Of a stretch of DNA of 64,000 nucleotides, positions 10,396-20,762 are shown piece by piece; the first letter of the stretch is position 1; every line of letters begins with the position of its first letter. Source of the stretch: a virus. A model generated the notes under the pieces. That model was not told the DNA's origin. It did no database searches and saw nothing but the letters and a program-made list of their open reading frames with translations. The stretch lies in IMG/VR virus record IMGVR_UViG_3300025108_004499. One strand, given 5' to 3'. A program made the translations under genes and the position numbers.

Positions 10396-11330
10396 TTTTA
10401 ATAAAAACCGCAGACGGATTAAAACAATCTAACCTTGCTGAAGCAAAGACAACCTATAATAAATTTAAAGGTTGGTACTGTGGTGCAGGTATGGACTTCT
10501 TATGGATTAGTAACAAGGGCGAAGTTTTTGGTAATGTGTGCAGGAATAGCGGATCTTATGGAAATGTATTCAGTAATTTTACACTGCCAACAGAACCTAT
10601 GATTTGTCCTGTCAAAAGTTGCTATTGTGCAAGTGATATTAATATACTCAAAAGTAAATCTATTGAAAATTTTAAAACACTAAAAAATGACATTGATTAT
10701 AATGCTCCAAAGTATAGTGGCGAAGAAATTTTAGCACTAGAATCTGTTAACAAAGAATTTGCAATTAATTGGAATTTAGGACCAAGGTGCAACTACGATT
10801 GTAGTTACTGTCCTGCTACAGTTCACGATAATTATAGTCCTCATATTACATTTGAGCAATTTAAATTAGCATTTGACAAAGTATTAGATCAAATAGGTAA
10901 ACAAGAAAATTTAAAATTAACGTTTACTGGAGGAGAACCTACTATTAATCCAGAGTATATGCAAATTGTAGATTATGTAGTTTCTCATAATGGAAGAGTT
11001 TATACAAATACAAATGGAACAGCTAGTATAGATAAATTAAAAAAACTTTGTAATGCCGGCGGCTTGCATATTAGTGTACACACTGAATTCTATCAAGCAA
11101 ATAAATTAGCAGATAAAGTCAGCCAGTTATCACTAGAACAAGGAGTATGCATTGTTAAGTATATGTTAGTACCGGGAAGATTGCAAGAGTGTAAAGATTT
11201 TATCAACTTGCTTCCTTCTAGTAACGGATCATACAGAATCAATATAGAGCCTCTAGTTGATAAAGCTAACGGTAACAAAATACTAGATTATACACAAGAA
11301 GAACTAGAATATCTGAGAACACCCAAATGA
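10392..11330 (+). CDS. Radical SAM protein with N-terminal SPASM-like domain
   Basis: CNYDCSYC and FTGGEPT; N-terminal GWYCGAG...C...CPVKSCYC. Confidence 0.85.
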   Translation: MILIKTADGLKQSNLAEAKTTYNKFKGWYCGAGMDFLWISNKGEVFGNVCRNSGSYGNVFSNFTLPTEPMICPVKSCYCASDINILKSKSIENFKTLKNDIDYNAPKYSGEEILALESVNKEFAINWNLGPRCNYDCSYCPATVHDNYSPHITFEQFKLAFDKVLDQIGKQENLKLTFTGGEPTINPEYMQIVDYVVSHNGRVYTNTNGTASIDKLKKLCNAGGLHISVHTEFYQANKLADKVSQLSLEQGVCIVKYMLVPGRLQECKDFINLLPSSNGSYRINIEPLVDKANGNKILDYTQEELEYLRTPK

Positions 11331-12022
11331 CTTTTAAACAACCAGAAAATGTAATTGCTATACAAAGCAATAGACCACAGGATTTTTTTTATGTACATTG
11401 GAACATAGGAAGACGATGTAATTACGATTGTAGTTATTGTCCTGACAGTTTACATGATTTTAAAAGTCCGCACCGCAGTCTTGAAAATTTAATTGAAATA
11501 GCAGAAAAACTTAAAGCAAACATTCCTTCAAGTAAAAAGATTAGAATATGGTTTACAGGCGGCGAACCAACAGTTAATCCAAATTTTCTTAAGTTTTGTA
11601 AATGGTTAAACAATGACGGAAGATTTGTAGTAGGGTTAAACACTAATGGTAGCAGGACCAAAGAATACTTATTAGAACTTATGAGCTATATCAACATTAT
11701 TCAATTTAGCAGTCATTTTGAGTATGTAGAGGAAGACAAATTTCTCCCTTCAATGAAAGCGATAAGCAATTATGTAAGTGACAAACATGGAAAAAGCATG
11801 AGTCTTAATCTAATGATGGAACCGGAGCATTGGGATAAAGCAGTAAGAATGGTTAAGTATTGTATAGCTCATAATATTCCTTATCATATGAAACGCATAA
11901 GACCCAAAAGTGTTGTACATGAAGGTAAGAATCCATATTCGCCTGTTTATACAGAAAATCAAATAAAATTTTTAACTGATAATGAATATAGAAATGTAGT
12001 GCTAGAGGAATACGATGATTGA
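11327..12022 (+). CDS. Radical SAM protein (core only)
   Basis: CNYDCSYC, FTGGEPT and NTNGS; paralogue of the preceding gene's core. Confidence 0.85.
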   Translation: MTFKQPENVIAIQSNRPQDFFYVHWNIGRRCNYDCSYCPDSLHDFKSPHRSLENLIEIAEKLKANIPSSKKIRIWFTGGEPTVNPNFLKFCKWLNNDGRFVVGLNTNGSRTKEYLLELMSYINIIQFSSHFEYVEEDKFLPSMKAISNYVSDKHGKSMSLNLMMEPEHWDKAVRMVKYCIAHNIPYHMKRIRPKSVVHEGKNPYSPVYTENQIKFLTDNEYRNVVLEEYDD

Positions 12023-12647
12023 ATTTTTTAAGATAGGTGATTATCAATTTCCTTATGATCCTACATTAGAAAAAGTAGGCTTAAAAATCAGCGGTGGAGC
12101 AGATAGTAGTTTAATAGCATACATTTTAGGATTACTAAAATCACAAGGTTTAATTAAAAGCCAAATAATTACAATGACCAATGAGCATCATGATCGTCCT
12201 TATCAGATAGATTATACTAACAAAATACTAAACTACATTACACAAAAAACAGGAAGTGTTTTTGAATATAGATGTTCTGTGTTTTCTCCAAGTGCAGAAG
12301 AATACAACATGAATAGTAGTGCTATAGTACAAAAAACAAAAAATAGTTTAATGTTTGGTAAGCATTATATGGGTATAACTGCTAATCCTCCAATCGAAAC
12401 AGGAATAAAACAAGAAGATTTAGAACGCACACACGATAGAAATAAACTAGTATATACTGATACTAAAATTACACCGTGGATTAACTACGATAAGAAAGAT
12501 ATTGCTAACATTTATAAGCAATTAGACATTATGGAACTTTTTAGTATGACTAGAAGTTGCGAAAATAAAACCTTTGACTTTACAAAGCATTGCGGTGAAT
12601 GTTGGTGGTGTATAGAACGTAAATGGGGATTTGGAAAATATGAGTGA
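12015..12647 (+). CDS. QueC-like PP-loop ATPase (adenine nucleotide alpha hydrolase)
   Basis: SGGADSS PP-loop; C-terminal TRSC...HCGECWWC..R Zn-site as in QueC. The central region diverges from canonical QueC. Confidence 0.65.
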   Translation: MIEFFKIGDYQFPYDPTLEKVGLKISGGADSSLIAYILGLLKSQGLIKSQIITMTNEHHDRPYQIDYTNKILNYITQKTGSVFEYRCSVFSPSAEEYNMNSSAIVQKTKNSLMFGKHYMGITANPPIETGIKQEDLERTHDRNKLVYTDTKITPWINYDKKDIANIYKQLDIMELFSMTRSCENKTFDFTKHCGECWWCIERKWGFGKYE

Positions 12648-13008
12648 TATAATTGTTTACGACAAAGACGGTAATACTCAAGAAGTTTGGGCTAACGATA
12701 TGGTCAAAGCAGAAGAAGTAAATTTTGAAGGCTGGCTCTGTGGCATTGGCTTAGAAAGTATTGACATAAAAAGCAATGGAGATATTTACAGAGGCACGTG
12801 CAGGATAGGAGGTCCTATCGGACACATCGATGATGAAGTTTGGAATTTGCCTACAGACTTTATTGAGTGTAATAAGAATAGCTGTACTTGTGTAGCTGAT
12901 ATTAAAAGTACTAGGTATAAAGACCAAGAAACAAGAAACAAATTAGAAAGTAAAGTTAAACAAGTAGTAATAGGAAAGGGTGGAGATGAGAGTTCAAATA
13001 ATTTTTGA
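12640..13008 (+). CDS. Stand-alone SPASM-like Fe-S protein
   Basis: GWLCGIG...GDIYRGTC...CNKNSCTC; homologous to the N-terminus of 10392..11330. Confidence 0.6.
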   Translation: MSDIIVYDKDGNTQEVWANDMVKAEEVNFEGWLCGIGLESIDIKSNGDIYRGTCRIGGPIGHIDDEVWNLPTDFIECNKNSCTCVADIKSTRYKDQETRNKLESKVKQVVIGKGGDESSNNF

Positions 13009-13846
13009 GGACGATACTGTTTTTGACTGGCACATGCATAACAATTCATTTGTAAAAAAATGGGTAAGCATGTTACAAGAACATATTGTTAATGTTCCTA
13101 AATTACATAACTATGAGCTTACATTACAAGGATTAGGTCCTGCTGACGAATTTAAACGCCTTAATAAAATTATTGACAAATGTAATGAACATCGTGCAAA
13201 CACAATTCCAGATCATTATGTTAATAAAGCAGAATACACATTACAAGAATTAAGCGAAGTACACTATATCTATGAAGAAATAGCACAACAGCCCGAATGG
13301 CTTAACGGATTGTTAAATGAAAATGATGCTATAAAAGCAAGAGACTTACTAAACGATTTTATTCATCAAGCAGAAAGCAGAGCTGGAAGTAATTTAAATT
13401 TTCAAAAAAGAATAACTCCAAGAGTTAGATTTAGAATTGTTAATCCTGAAACAGGCGTGCCTAATGCTCGTAAAGAAGATTTTCAAGATTTAGATTATAA
13501 TTTATTTGATCCTATTGTACATCCTAGTATAATGTATTTAAATTATAATGCAATAGGAGAAGACTTTATTAAAACTTATAAGAGTGAACGCGAGCCTAAA
13601 GATGCTGTGCCTCTAAGACAATTTAGTCCTAGTTTCTTTTTTGTTTTACATGCTATTGATTATGACACACAATTTAAACGGATCGAACGTTGCAAACAAT
13701 GGATGCAACAAGGTGGCTTTGATCCTTTAGATGTTAAAAATTCTTTTGGATATATTCCTATGGGAACTTTATTCAAAAGTGAAAATGACAGTGTTTATGA
13801 AAATGCATTGTTAAAATCTAAAATTAAAAAGGTAGTGATTTTATGA
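12986..13846 (+). CDS. Hypothetical protein
   Basis: Long ORF coupled to both neighbours; no recognised motif. Confidence 0.55.
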   Translation: MRVQIIFEDDTVFDWHMHNNSFVKKWVSMLQEHIVNVPKLHNYELTLQGLGPADEFKRLNKIIDKCNEHRANTIPDHYVNKAEYTLQELSEVHYIYEEIAQQPEWLNGLLNENDAIKARDLLNDFIHQAESRAGSNLNFQKRITPRVRFRIVNPETGVPNARKEDFQDLDYNLFDPIVHPSIMYLNYNAIGEDFIKTYKSEREPKDAVPLRQFSPSFFFVLHAIDYDTQFKRIERCKQWMQQGGFDPLDVKNSFGYIPMGTLFKSENDSVYENALLKSKIKKVVIL

Positions 13847-14868
13847 TATTTCCTAAATGTATGATCGGAAGAGCACCTCAAATTACATATACAGGACATG
13901 TTTTACCCTGTTGTTGGATACCATATGAAAAGGAACTAGAGTTTGTAGACGGACTATCTAAAATAAATCCTTTTTGGCGAGAAGACTTTAATTTATACAA
14001 CAATAAATTTATGGACATTGTAGACAGCCCCGAATGGAATACCATGTTAGAAACTATTTACAAAGACACGCCATTAAAGTGTTCAATTAAATGTAGCGAG
14101 TTTACAGTTAGCAAAACTGGAAAAGCGGAAACTGGAAATACTACAGTGCCAAAAATAAATCCATCAAAAACAGACAAACAAGGATATATAGAAACACTAT
14201 CAGAAAGCCAAGAGATTTTTGAATATACTAAAAATAAAATTGTAGACTATAAAAAAGTTCAATTAGAAACTACAAGTAGATGTAGTTTAAAATGTCCTTA
14301 TTGTCAAAGGACAGTAGAAGCAGGAACAGGTAAGTATTATAAATCCGATTTGACATTAGAAATACTCGAAGATGTTTTAACCACTCCATATATTGAAAGA
14401 ATAGATGATTGCGGTCGTTATGGAGATCCTACATTTTACAAACAATATCATGAGTTCTTAGATTTAGTTGCAGATTCGAATATTAAAAAATATAATATGA
14501 GTGTTGCGGCTACAGGACGAGGCAGTAATTGGTGGAAAACAACAATAGATAAATTTATTAAAATTAAAAACACTGGAACTATACCTATCATTACATTTGG
14601 AATCGACGGGTTAAAGGACACTAGTAATAAACATAGGATAGGACAAAACTTTGACGAAATATGGAACGCTATGATTGACTGCCATAATGCAGGTATTAAA
14701 GTTTTGTGGCAAGTTATTCCTACAAGTGCTAATGAACATCAAATTGAAGAAATTAAAGAGATAGCAGACAGATTAGGTATTGAAATTAGAATGGTGTTAA
14801 GTAATAGATTTAGGGGAAGAGATGATCCTCTTACACCGGTTAATTTGGACCTTAGTTATATCAAATAA
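13843..14868 (+). CDS. SPASM-like domain + radical SAM fusion protein
   Basis: N-terminal PKC...VLPCCW...CSIKC; core CSLKCPYC, CGRYGDP, FGIDGL and NEHQIEE. Confidence 0.85.
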   Translation: MIFPKCMIGRAPQITYTGHVLPCCWIPYEKELEFVDGLSKINPFWREDFNLYNNKFMDIVDSPEWNTMLETIYKDTPLKCSIKCSEFTVSKTGKAETGNTTVPKINPSKTDKQGYIETLSESQEIFEYTKNKIVDYKKVQLETTSRCSLKCPYCQRTVEAGTGKYYKSDLTLEILEDVLTTPYIERIDDCGRYGDPTFYKQYHEFLDLVADSNIKKYNMSVAATGRGSNWWKTTIDKFIKIKNTGTIPIITFGIDGLKDTSNKHRIGQNFDEIWNAMIDCHNAGIKVLWQVIPTSANEHQIEEIKEIADRLGIEIRMVLSNRFRGRDDPLTPVNLDLSYIK

Positions 14869-14876
14869 ATATTAGT

Positions 14877-15569
14877 ATGTTAAAAAATATTATTAAAAAT
14901 AGGTATAGTGCTAGAACATTTCTTGACATAGAAATTGAGCAAGATAAGATTGATTACATTTTAGAATGTGCAACACATGCTCCTAGTAAACAAGGAATAT
15001 ATCCTTACAAGATTTTTGTGTTAGGTACTAGTGACAAAGCACAAGAAATAAAAGAGTGGTTATTCTGGGAAAACACCTGGTGTGTAAATGGACAACGTGC
15101 CATTCCAGAAGGAAAGGATAGCAATAATAAAAGATTTAATGGCCAATATAAAGCGCCGCTGGTGCTAATATATGTGGGATATCCTCCTAAATCTGTAGAA
15201 AATCATATATCTGCAGATTATATAAAAGACTTTTTAAAAAACTCTGCCGATAAAATTAATACTGACGCAACTGTTAGTGCAAGTTTTGCAATGTTAGCCG
15301 CTGAAGAACAAGGGCTTAGAACTTGCTTTGGTAAATGCCACGATGAAAAATTAGTATCAGAAAAGTTAGGAATACCCTCGAAAGCAGTAATGGTAGTAGG
15401 TATAGGTTATGCAGAAGATTATGAAGGAGAGGACGGAATACTAAACCAAGAAGTTTACAAAGACGGTATCCTACAAGGACAGCAACCAAAAAATTTACCA
15501 CAAACAACAAATATTCCGGATCATTACGATCGCCAAAGAAAGCCAAGCAACATTATGGTGGAAGTATGA
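14877..15569 (+). CDS. Nitroreductase family protein
   Basis: RYSARTF, APS, MLAAEEQGL and VGIGY motifs of FMN nitroreductases. Confidence 0.8.
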   Translation: MLKNIIKNRYSARTFLDIEIEQDKIDYILECATHAPSKQGIYPYKIFVLGTSDKAQEIKEWLFWENTWCVNGQRAIPEGKDSNNKRFNGQYKAPLVLIYVGYPPKSVENHISADYIKDFLKNSADKINTDATVSASFAMLAAEEQGLRTCFGKCHDEKLVSEKLGIPSKAVMVVGIGYAEDYEGEDGILNQEVYKDGILQGQQPKNLPQTTNIPDHYDRQRKPSNIMVEV

Positions 15570-16267
15570 GAACACTTGAACATGTTAAAAGTATAGAAGA
15601 AAATAATTCTGATCCCTTTCAACTTTATAATTTTATCAGCAGAGTTGAAAACCAAGAACTTATTAAATTTTATGATAATACAGATAAAGAAATAAAAGCA
15701 ACAGGACCTACAATAGTACGTCCTGACCTATCATTACCTGTATTTAAACAAATATTTAATAGAGTACAAGAAACTATAGGTGAAGATGTACGTTTAGAAT
15801 CAGCATTGATATTCAGTACTCCTTGGGCACATGTAATACATAATGACGACGATGTTAAAGGAAATGCAAAGCCTTATAAAGCATTAACTATTCCTTTAGA
15901 ATTATGGGGAACAGCAAAAGATACTGATATAAAACTAATGATGTTTGATCAGTATTATTATCATGGCGGCAAAAAATTTTACAATGGTGGCCCTGCCCCA
16001 AAAAAAATTGCAACCAATCTGCCTTTACTAGAATACAAAGATGTTAGTTACATTAATAATAAGGGTATACCTTATGATGTAAAGAAAAAATATCTTACAC
16101 ATTTACAAGATAACTGGCTAGAAGGATTATCAATCCATAGTTATTTTCCTTGGAAAATTAATAGTGCAATAATTTTTGACAGCACAAGATTACATAGTAG
16201 TAGTAATTTTAATGCTATAGGAGTTACTAAAAAACTAGCACTCAGTATCTTTACCTACCTACCATAG
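15566..16267 (+). CDS. Putative Fe(II)/2OG-type (DSBH) oxygenase
   Basis: IHND...IIFDSTRLHSS pattern (HxD...H). Confidence 0.45.
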   Translation: MRTLEHVKSIEENNSDPFQLYNFISRVENQELIKFYDNTDKEIKATGPTIVRPDLSLPVFKQIFNRVQETIGEDVRLESALIFSTPWAHVIHNDDDVKGNAKPYKALTIPLELWGTAKDTDIKLMMFDQYYYHGGKKFYNGGPAPKKIATNLPLLEYKDVSYINNKGIPYDVKKKYLTHLQDNWLEGLSIHSYFPWKINSAIIFDSTRLHSSSNFNAIGVTKKLALSIFTYLP

Positions 16268-16285
16268 ATATAGATAAGTATTTTT

Positions 16286-17041
16286 ATGGTAGACTATAAG
16301 ACTCACGACAAAAATGGTAACCCTTTAAATATTATAGATAATTCGCCTATTGAAGGTTATATAAGTCCTGCAAAAAGATGGGCTAATGAACCAGACTGGT
16401 TTGAACCTACGCAAGAAGATTTAAAATGTGAACTACAGTTATCTGCTTTAGATTTTTGGGAACCATTAAAACAAAAAGTTAAAGAAAAAGAGTTCAGTTC
16501 TCAAATTGAACCTTACAATAATAAATGGATACCTTATTTGCGTAAAGAAGGTATTATGAATGATAGAGAAGGAATGTTGCTTTCAGGTCTCAACGGTGAT
16601 ACCTATACAGATAGTCTAAGCATGCCTGAAGCAATAAAACGTTCAGGGAAATATTTGTACGATAAGGACTTTAAATATCCAACAGAACTTTATAATAATT
16701 TAACATGCTTGCACCCTGTATTAGATATGTTTGGTCCTCTTGGCAGAACTGTTTTAATTAAAATGAACAAGGGATCTTTTTTTGTACCTCATAAAGATGA
16801 TCCTTGGCTGGTTAGAGACTGTTTTAGGATTGCCGCTTTCTTTGGTAACACTCGCAACTTTGAATGGGAAATGTGTGGTCAGAAAGTTGATATTGAGCCT
16901 GGAAGATTTTATTATATTGATACACGTAAAACTCATAGAACACATTCTTGGCAACATAGTAGTATTCATTTAATTGTAAATATTCCAAAGACTTGGAAAA
17001 ATGTTATGACACTTATAACAAATTTAGAAAGAGCTCCATGA
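16286..17041 (+). CDS. Aspartyl/asparaginyl beta-hydroxylase-like Fe(II)/2OG oxygenase
   Basis: FFVPHKD...YYIDTRKTH...IHLIVN. Confidence 0.6.
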   Translation: MVDYKTHDKNGNPLNIIDNSPIEGYISPAKRWANEPDWFEPTQEDLKCELQLSALDFWEPLKQKVKEKEFSSQIEPYNNKWIPYLRKEGIMNDREGMLLSGLNGDTYTDSLSMPEAIKRSGKYLYDKDFKYPTELYNNLTCLHPVLDMFGPLGRTVLIKMNKGSFFVPHKDDPWLVRDCFRIAAFFGNTRNFEWEMCGQKVDIEPGRFYYIDTRKTHRTHSWQHSSIHLIVNIPKTWKNVMTLITNLERAP

Positions 17042-17862
17042 AATTATTATGTGATGGATGGTGTGCCGACTACGATATCAAACTAAAAGGCATGCCCAAA
17101 GATGAATTACAAGAAGTTTTTAAAGACATATACAAATACCTTGTTCTAAATTTTCATAATCAAGATTTAGACGAAGCAGACCTATTGCGTATTAGTGAAG
17201 TAGTAGGTAGTGTGCAGAAGCAAGATCCTAAAGACGCCCAAAGGGCTCACGGCGGTGGCGGTGATGTGTGGGCAGGTGAAGGCATACTTAGAGTAGGCGG
17301 CGACGATTTGACAGGTAAGCCTAGTCTGTTTAGTCACAAGCATGATTTAGATTGGCATGCTAATCAACCTAGTAATCCTAAAAGAAAACATTTAATTTGG
17401 TTATATGCAGTAACTGGCACCGTTGGAAGTCGCACAAGTTGGTTGAATAATGCATGGTCATACGAAGACTTACCTGCTGACATAAAAGAGACTCTTGAAA
17501 ATGTTCATGTTTATTGTGGTTATCAAGCAGGTAGATATAGCGATACTCCATTATTTAAAGACCATATACAGAGAGATAATCCTGTAAAACTTATTCAAAA
17601 TTTTGGCGAACATAAAGGAATCTTTTTTCCTTTTTATCAAATATTTGAAGTTGTAGGATGGGATAAAAAAGAAAGCGAAGAACTTATTTCATATCTACAA
17701 AATCATATATTGAACGAAAAATATATGTATCACCATCATTGGAAAAACGGCGATCTCAATATAGCTGAACAAATTGTTACTATTCATAAAAGATGGCATT
17801 TTGAACAAATGGGTCAACGTATACTTTGGAGAGTAGCAAGTGGTCACGAAAATTTGCAGTGA
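17038..17862 (+). CDS. TauD/TfdA-family dioxygenase
   Basis: LDWHAN...HHWKNGDL..AEQIVTIHKR...RILWR. Start at the ATGA overlap, 17038. Confidence 0.75.
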   Translation: MKLLCDGWCADYDIKLKGMPKDELQEVFKDIYKYLVLNFHNQDLDEADLLRISEVVGSVQKQDPKDAQRAHGGGGDVWAGEGILRVGGDDLTGKPSLFSHKHDLDWHANQPSNPKRKHLIWLYAVTGTVGSRTSWLNNAWSYEDLPADIKETLENVHVYCGYQAGRYSDTPLFKDHIQRDNPVKLIQNFGEHKGIFFPFYQIFEVVGWDKKESEELISYLQNHILNEKYMYHHHWKNGDLNIAEQIVTIHKRWHFEQMGQRILWRVASGHENLQ

Positions 17863-17866
17863 AATA

Positions 17867-18601
17867 ATGGCTCTTAGTACTGCGGTACGAACTAACGTAC
17901 TTGCGGATGTAACCCACGCTGTATCGGGCTTAAAATGCGATTTAGACGGTATATATCCGTACTCTACAAGTATAGTTGATTGGCTTAAACCAGTTGTAGA
18001 TCTATCGAATTTCCATGTGTATCCTATGAACGGTATTACACAAGGGCTAGATTGGTGGTACGATAAAGAGCGTAGAGCTGTAACAATGGAACGTGGAGAC
18101 TATCAATGGATACATCCAAAAGCAGGAGTAAAACGTATTCATTATATTAGTGTGCCTAGTGCTATTGACGGAAACTTTATAGACATACCCAAAGACACAC
18201 CTACAGCAGTTGACCTTGCATATTTAGGAAGCACAGATATACATAAAATAGATATACCAAAAAATGTAGAGTATGTGTTTTATAGTTTAAGTAAACCTTT
18301 TGGTGTACGTAATGTTCGCACAGGTTGGATTTTTACTCGCAATCTAGATACAAGATTAGATGCTATTACCAATAGTGCTAAGTACTATAACTATTATGCA
18401 AATAGTGTTGCAGAAACAATCATAAACAAATTTGATATTGACTATGTATGGAATACTTTAAAAGACAAGCAAATAGATATTTGTAATACATACGGATTCA
18501 CACCAAGTGATAGTGTGTGGCTTGCAACAACAAACAATCCTGCATACGATAAATTTAAAAGAGGAGATGTAAATAGGTTATGCCTCGCACCGTGTTACTA
18601 G
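17867..18601 (+). CDS. PLP-dependent (aminotransferase-like) enzyme, compact
   Basis: NGITQG, VDLAY and FYSLSKPFG...RTG (PLP-lysine motif of fold-type I). Confidence 0.6.
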   Translation: MALSTAVRTNVLADVTHAVSGLKCDLDGIYPYSTSIVDWLKPVVDLSNFHVYPMNGITQGLDWWYDKERRAVTMERGDYQWIHPKAGVKRIHYISVPSAIDGNFIDIPKDTPTAVDLAYLGSTDIHKIDIPKNVEYVFYSLSKPFGVRNVRTGWIFTRNLDTRLDAITNSAKYYNYYANSVAETIINKFDIDYVWNTLKDKQIDICNTYGFTPSDSVWLATTNNPAYDKFKRGDVNRLCLAPCY

Positions 18602-20100
18602 GAACTATCTCAAGTGTATATCACGATTGGGTACCATACCCTGTAGGATGCCTCATCTCTCATTGTATGAAAAATCCTACTATAGCAAAAGACACAACTT
18701 TTTTAGAACCTTTGTATAAAAGCAAATGGGATAATGAAGATACACATGCAAAATTAAAACAAGCAGACATACTTGGACTTACATGTTATGTATGGAATCA
18801 AAATGCAAACGATGAAATTTCTCAGTTATTTAAAAAATATAATCCTAAAGGTGTAATTGTATACGGCGGTCCCAATGTACCAGAACAAAATTTACAAGAA
18901 TTTAAACGTCCTTATGTAGATCATTATATGACCGGTCCAGGCGAGTTACAATGGGAAAAGTTTTTAGATCCTACTAGCAGTAGTGAGTATGCTATACCAA
19001 CTCCTTATACAGATGGAATATTTGATGACTTACTAAAACGTGAAGATGATATTGCAGTAGCATTTGAAACCAACAGAGGATGTCCATATCATTGTGCATT
19101 TTGTGATTGGGGCGGAGTAAGTCGCAGTAAAATTACAAAACTAAAAGATGCCGCAGTAAAAGAAACTATAGAGCATGTACTGAGCTTTGACAATGTAAAG
19201 CGTTTAGAAATACTAGATGCAAACTATGGCATATTTCCTAGAGATGTAGATTTTGTACAACACATTGTTGATAATAAAAAGCGTGACGATATGATGCTTA
19301 CTTTTGCTGGCTTTGCAAAAAATGGATCTCCATACTTGCCTGAGATCATGAATCTCACAATGGATAATTTTAATGACAAAATGCGTAATGTAAAAATTAG
19401 TTTGCAAACATTATCGCCAGATGTACTAGATACAATTCAACGTAAGAATATTAGTACAGACAAACTATTGCGTATAATGGATCAACTAAGAGATATCAAA
19501 GTAAATTCAGAACTTATTATAGGCTTGCCAGGAGAAACAGCAGACAGTTGGGCAGATACATTATTCAAACATCCAGAACTAGGTATTGATTTTGCAAGAA
19601 GTTATCCTTTATATGTTTTACCTAATACACCTATGGCAACAAATGAATATAAAGAAGAATACGGAATAAAAACTAAAAAAATAATTTTGCCTAATAAAGA
19701 ACAGTTTGAAATGATATATCAATGTAATAGTTATGATTTAGAAGAAATCACAAAAATATATCTTACTTGGTGGTACTTTAACACATTCTATAATTTTGGC
19801 ATTGATAAATCAGTCACAAAAGAAACAATGAAAACTTTTTTTAATAACTTAGACAGCATGCCTTATGTTAGTTGTTGTGTTGAAGAAGTACGTATGGCAT
19901 TACATAGAATATTTAAACCTGAGGACGAATTGCATCTAGAAGGATATGATTATAGTTTTTTACATAAACAGTTAGGCAGAGGAAAAGAATTACTTTATTT
20001 CAAGCAAAATCAAAAACAGATATGTAAAGAACTAGGAATCAAGTTTAATATCAATAATGATGATAAAGAATTAGGGAGTGCATTTGCATATATAAAATGA
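18580..20100 (+). CDS. Cobalamin-binding (class B) radical SAM protein
   Basis: N-terminal B12 domain (GLTCYVWN, YGGPNV); ETNRGCPYHCAFCDWG; LIIGLPGET. Confidence 0.85.
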   Translation: MPRTVLLGTISSVYHDWVPYPVGCLISHCMKNPTIAKDTTFLEPLYKSKWDNEDTHAKLKQADILGLTCYVWNQNANDEISQLFKKYNPKGVIVYGGPNVPEQNLQEFKRPYVDHYMTGPGELQWEKFLDPTSSSEYAIPTPYTDGIFDDLLKREDDIAVAFETNRGCPYHCAFCDWGGVSRSKITKLKDAAVKETIEHVLSFDNVKRLEILDANYGIFPRDVDFVQHIVDNKKRDDMMLTFAGFAKNGSPYLPEIMNLTMDNFNDKMRNVKISLQTLSPDVLDTIQRKNISTDKLLRIMDQLRDIKVNSELIIGLPGETADSWADTLFKHPELGIDFARSYPLYVLPNTPMATNEYKEEYGIKTKKIILPNKEQFEMIYQCNSYDLEEITKIYLTWWYFNTFYNFGIDKSVTKETMKTFFNNLDSMPYVSCCVEEVRMALHRIFKPEDELHLEGYDYSFLHKQLGRGKELLYFKQNQKQICKELGIKFNINNDDKELGSAFAYIK

Positions 20101-20762
20101 AAGATATAATTTTTACACCATTAGCAATTCCACCTATTCCGAATAAACAAAAAATATTAGATAGGTTCAATGCACCTGATTTTTATATTTGGTGGGATGA
20201 AGAAACATTATTAGGTGAAAAGGAAAATAATAATCCTTTAGGTAATCCGCAACAGTGGACAGATAAAGCAAAAGAAAATTATCCTGAGCTTATAGAATGG
20301 ATCGAAACTTATATTCCTTGTGATGATTTTTACTATATTCGTATTGCAAGAGCTAAACATTCAATACCTCCACACATAGACGGTAATGCTGTTAAACCAA
20401 CACATAAACATCATCTTGCTATTATGCCTGAAACATTGGAATATAATATGGCGCATGAACCTATTGGTTATCGTTTTGTTGTTGCAGGTAGCAAGGATAA
20501 AATGTATATGTGCAAAGACTATGATTATACAAAGGACATGTCTTGGCAACAAAAGCATAGATGTATTGTGCCTGAAGAAACAGATGCGTTCTTAATACGC
20601 AACCAAGACCAAGCACATGGAGTTGAAGAAGATACTGAAGATAGACTAATAGGATTTATACTTGGTAAAGTTAATGCCAGGAAGCATTGGGATCTAATAG
20701 AAAAAAGCGTAAGTAAGTATAGTGATAAAGTTATAAGGAAACAAGATGTATTCAATGCATGA
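20097..20762 (+). CDS. Putative Fe(II)/2OG-type oxygenase
   Basis: IPPHID...AHGV...R pattern. Confidence 0.45.
   Translation: MKDIIFTPLAIPPIPNKQKILDRFNAPDFYIWWDEETLLGEKENNNPLGNPQQWTDKAKENYPELIEWIETYIPCDDFYYIRIARAKHSIPPHIDGNAVKPTHKHHLAIMPETLEYNMAHEPIGYRFVVAGSKDKMYMCKDYDYTKDMSWQQKHRCIVPEETDAFLIRNQDQAHGVEEDTEDRLIGFILGKVNARKHWDLIEKSVSKYSDKVIRKQDVFNA

Noticed and set aside
5568-14868. RiPP cluster (rSAM-SPASM plus precursor peptide)
   Set aside because: No short precursor ORF, peptidase or transporter is visible, and the genes are contiguous with no room for one.
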